From: Phoronis australis
Lineage: Eukaryota; Animalia; Phoronida
Length of the DNA stretch: 64,000 bases
Reading direction: 5' to 3'
NCBI GenBank assembly: GCA_002633005.1
Contig: NMRA01000032.1
Span: 600,911 to 664,910, forward strand
The position numbers were made by a program, and so were the translations under genes. Of this stretch, positions 63,753 through 64,000 are shown in pieces. Numbering within the stretch: the stretch's first letter is position 1; each line of letters starts with the position of its first letter. Under the pieces are notes generated by a model, which saw only the letters and a list, made by a program, of their open reading frames with translations, did not search any database and was not told the origin of the DNA.

Positions 63753-64000
63753 GTATGTAAAACTACCTTTTGCTATAATACTGGTAATGTGAGTCTGCGT
63801 GGGTACGTTGGGAGTTACTCCTGTATTCATGGCCTTGTTGCAGAATGTATGCTGACTTCGCTTTGGAAGGCTGAAATGCAGTTTGAAAATTACCCCTTAA
63901 GAGTTATGTTATTCTTTGTACATTTGCAGATGCATTGGTCAAGGTTATGTAGGATTCTAGAGAAATATTTAGGTCTGGTTAACTTCGGACCATCCAGTCT

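Overview
Repeat-rich, intron-containing animal (invertebrate-like) nuclear DNA from a draft assembly; not prokaryotic. Four conserved genes can be reconstructed by eye: a 9-exon mitochondrial sulfide:quinone oxidoreductase (SQOR, + 28782-39408, ~450 aa, divergent at several conserved positions), a 3-exon NNMT/PNMT/INMT(TEMT)-family methyltransferase (+ 47427-53999, ~265 aa), a single-coding-exon MAP10/KIAA1383 homolog (- 56853-59579) and, head-to-head with it, a probable first coding exon of FANCM (+ 63674). A small orphan gene at 19035-19583 encodes a signal peptide, a propeptide and a KRR cleavage site, like a secreted peptide precursor. The rest is mobile-element debris: Penelope-like elements with hammerhead-like motifs, LINE ORF1, an L1/Tx1 3' end, tRNA-derived SINEs, THAP relics, a DIRS gag relic and MITEs. 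Six near-identical blocks flank assembly gaps and look like uncollapsed haplotypes, so the apparent exon duplications in SQOR and the methyltransferase are probably artefacts. I found no clearly novel multi-gene system; the best leads are the orphan prepropeptide and the divergent SQOR next to a possible thioether methyltransferase. All homology calls are from motif recognition, without database searches.
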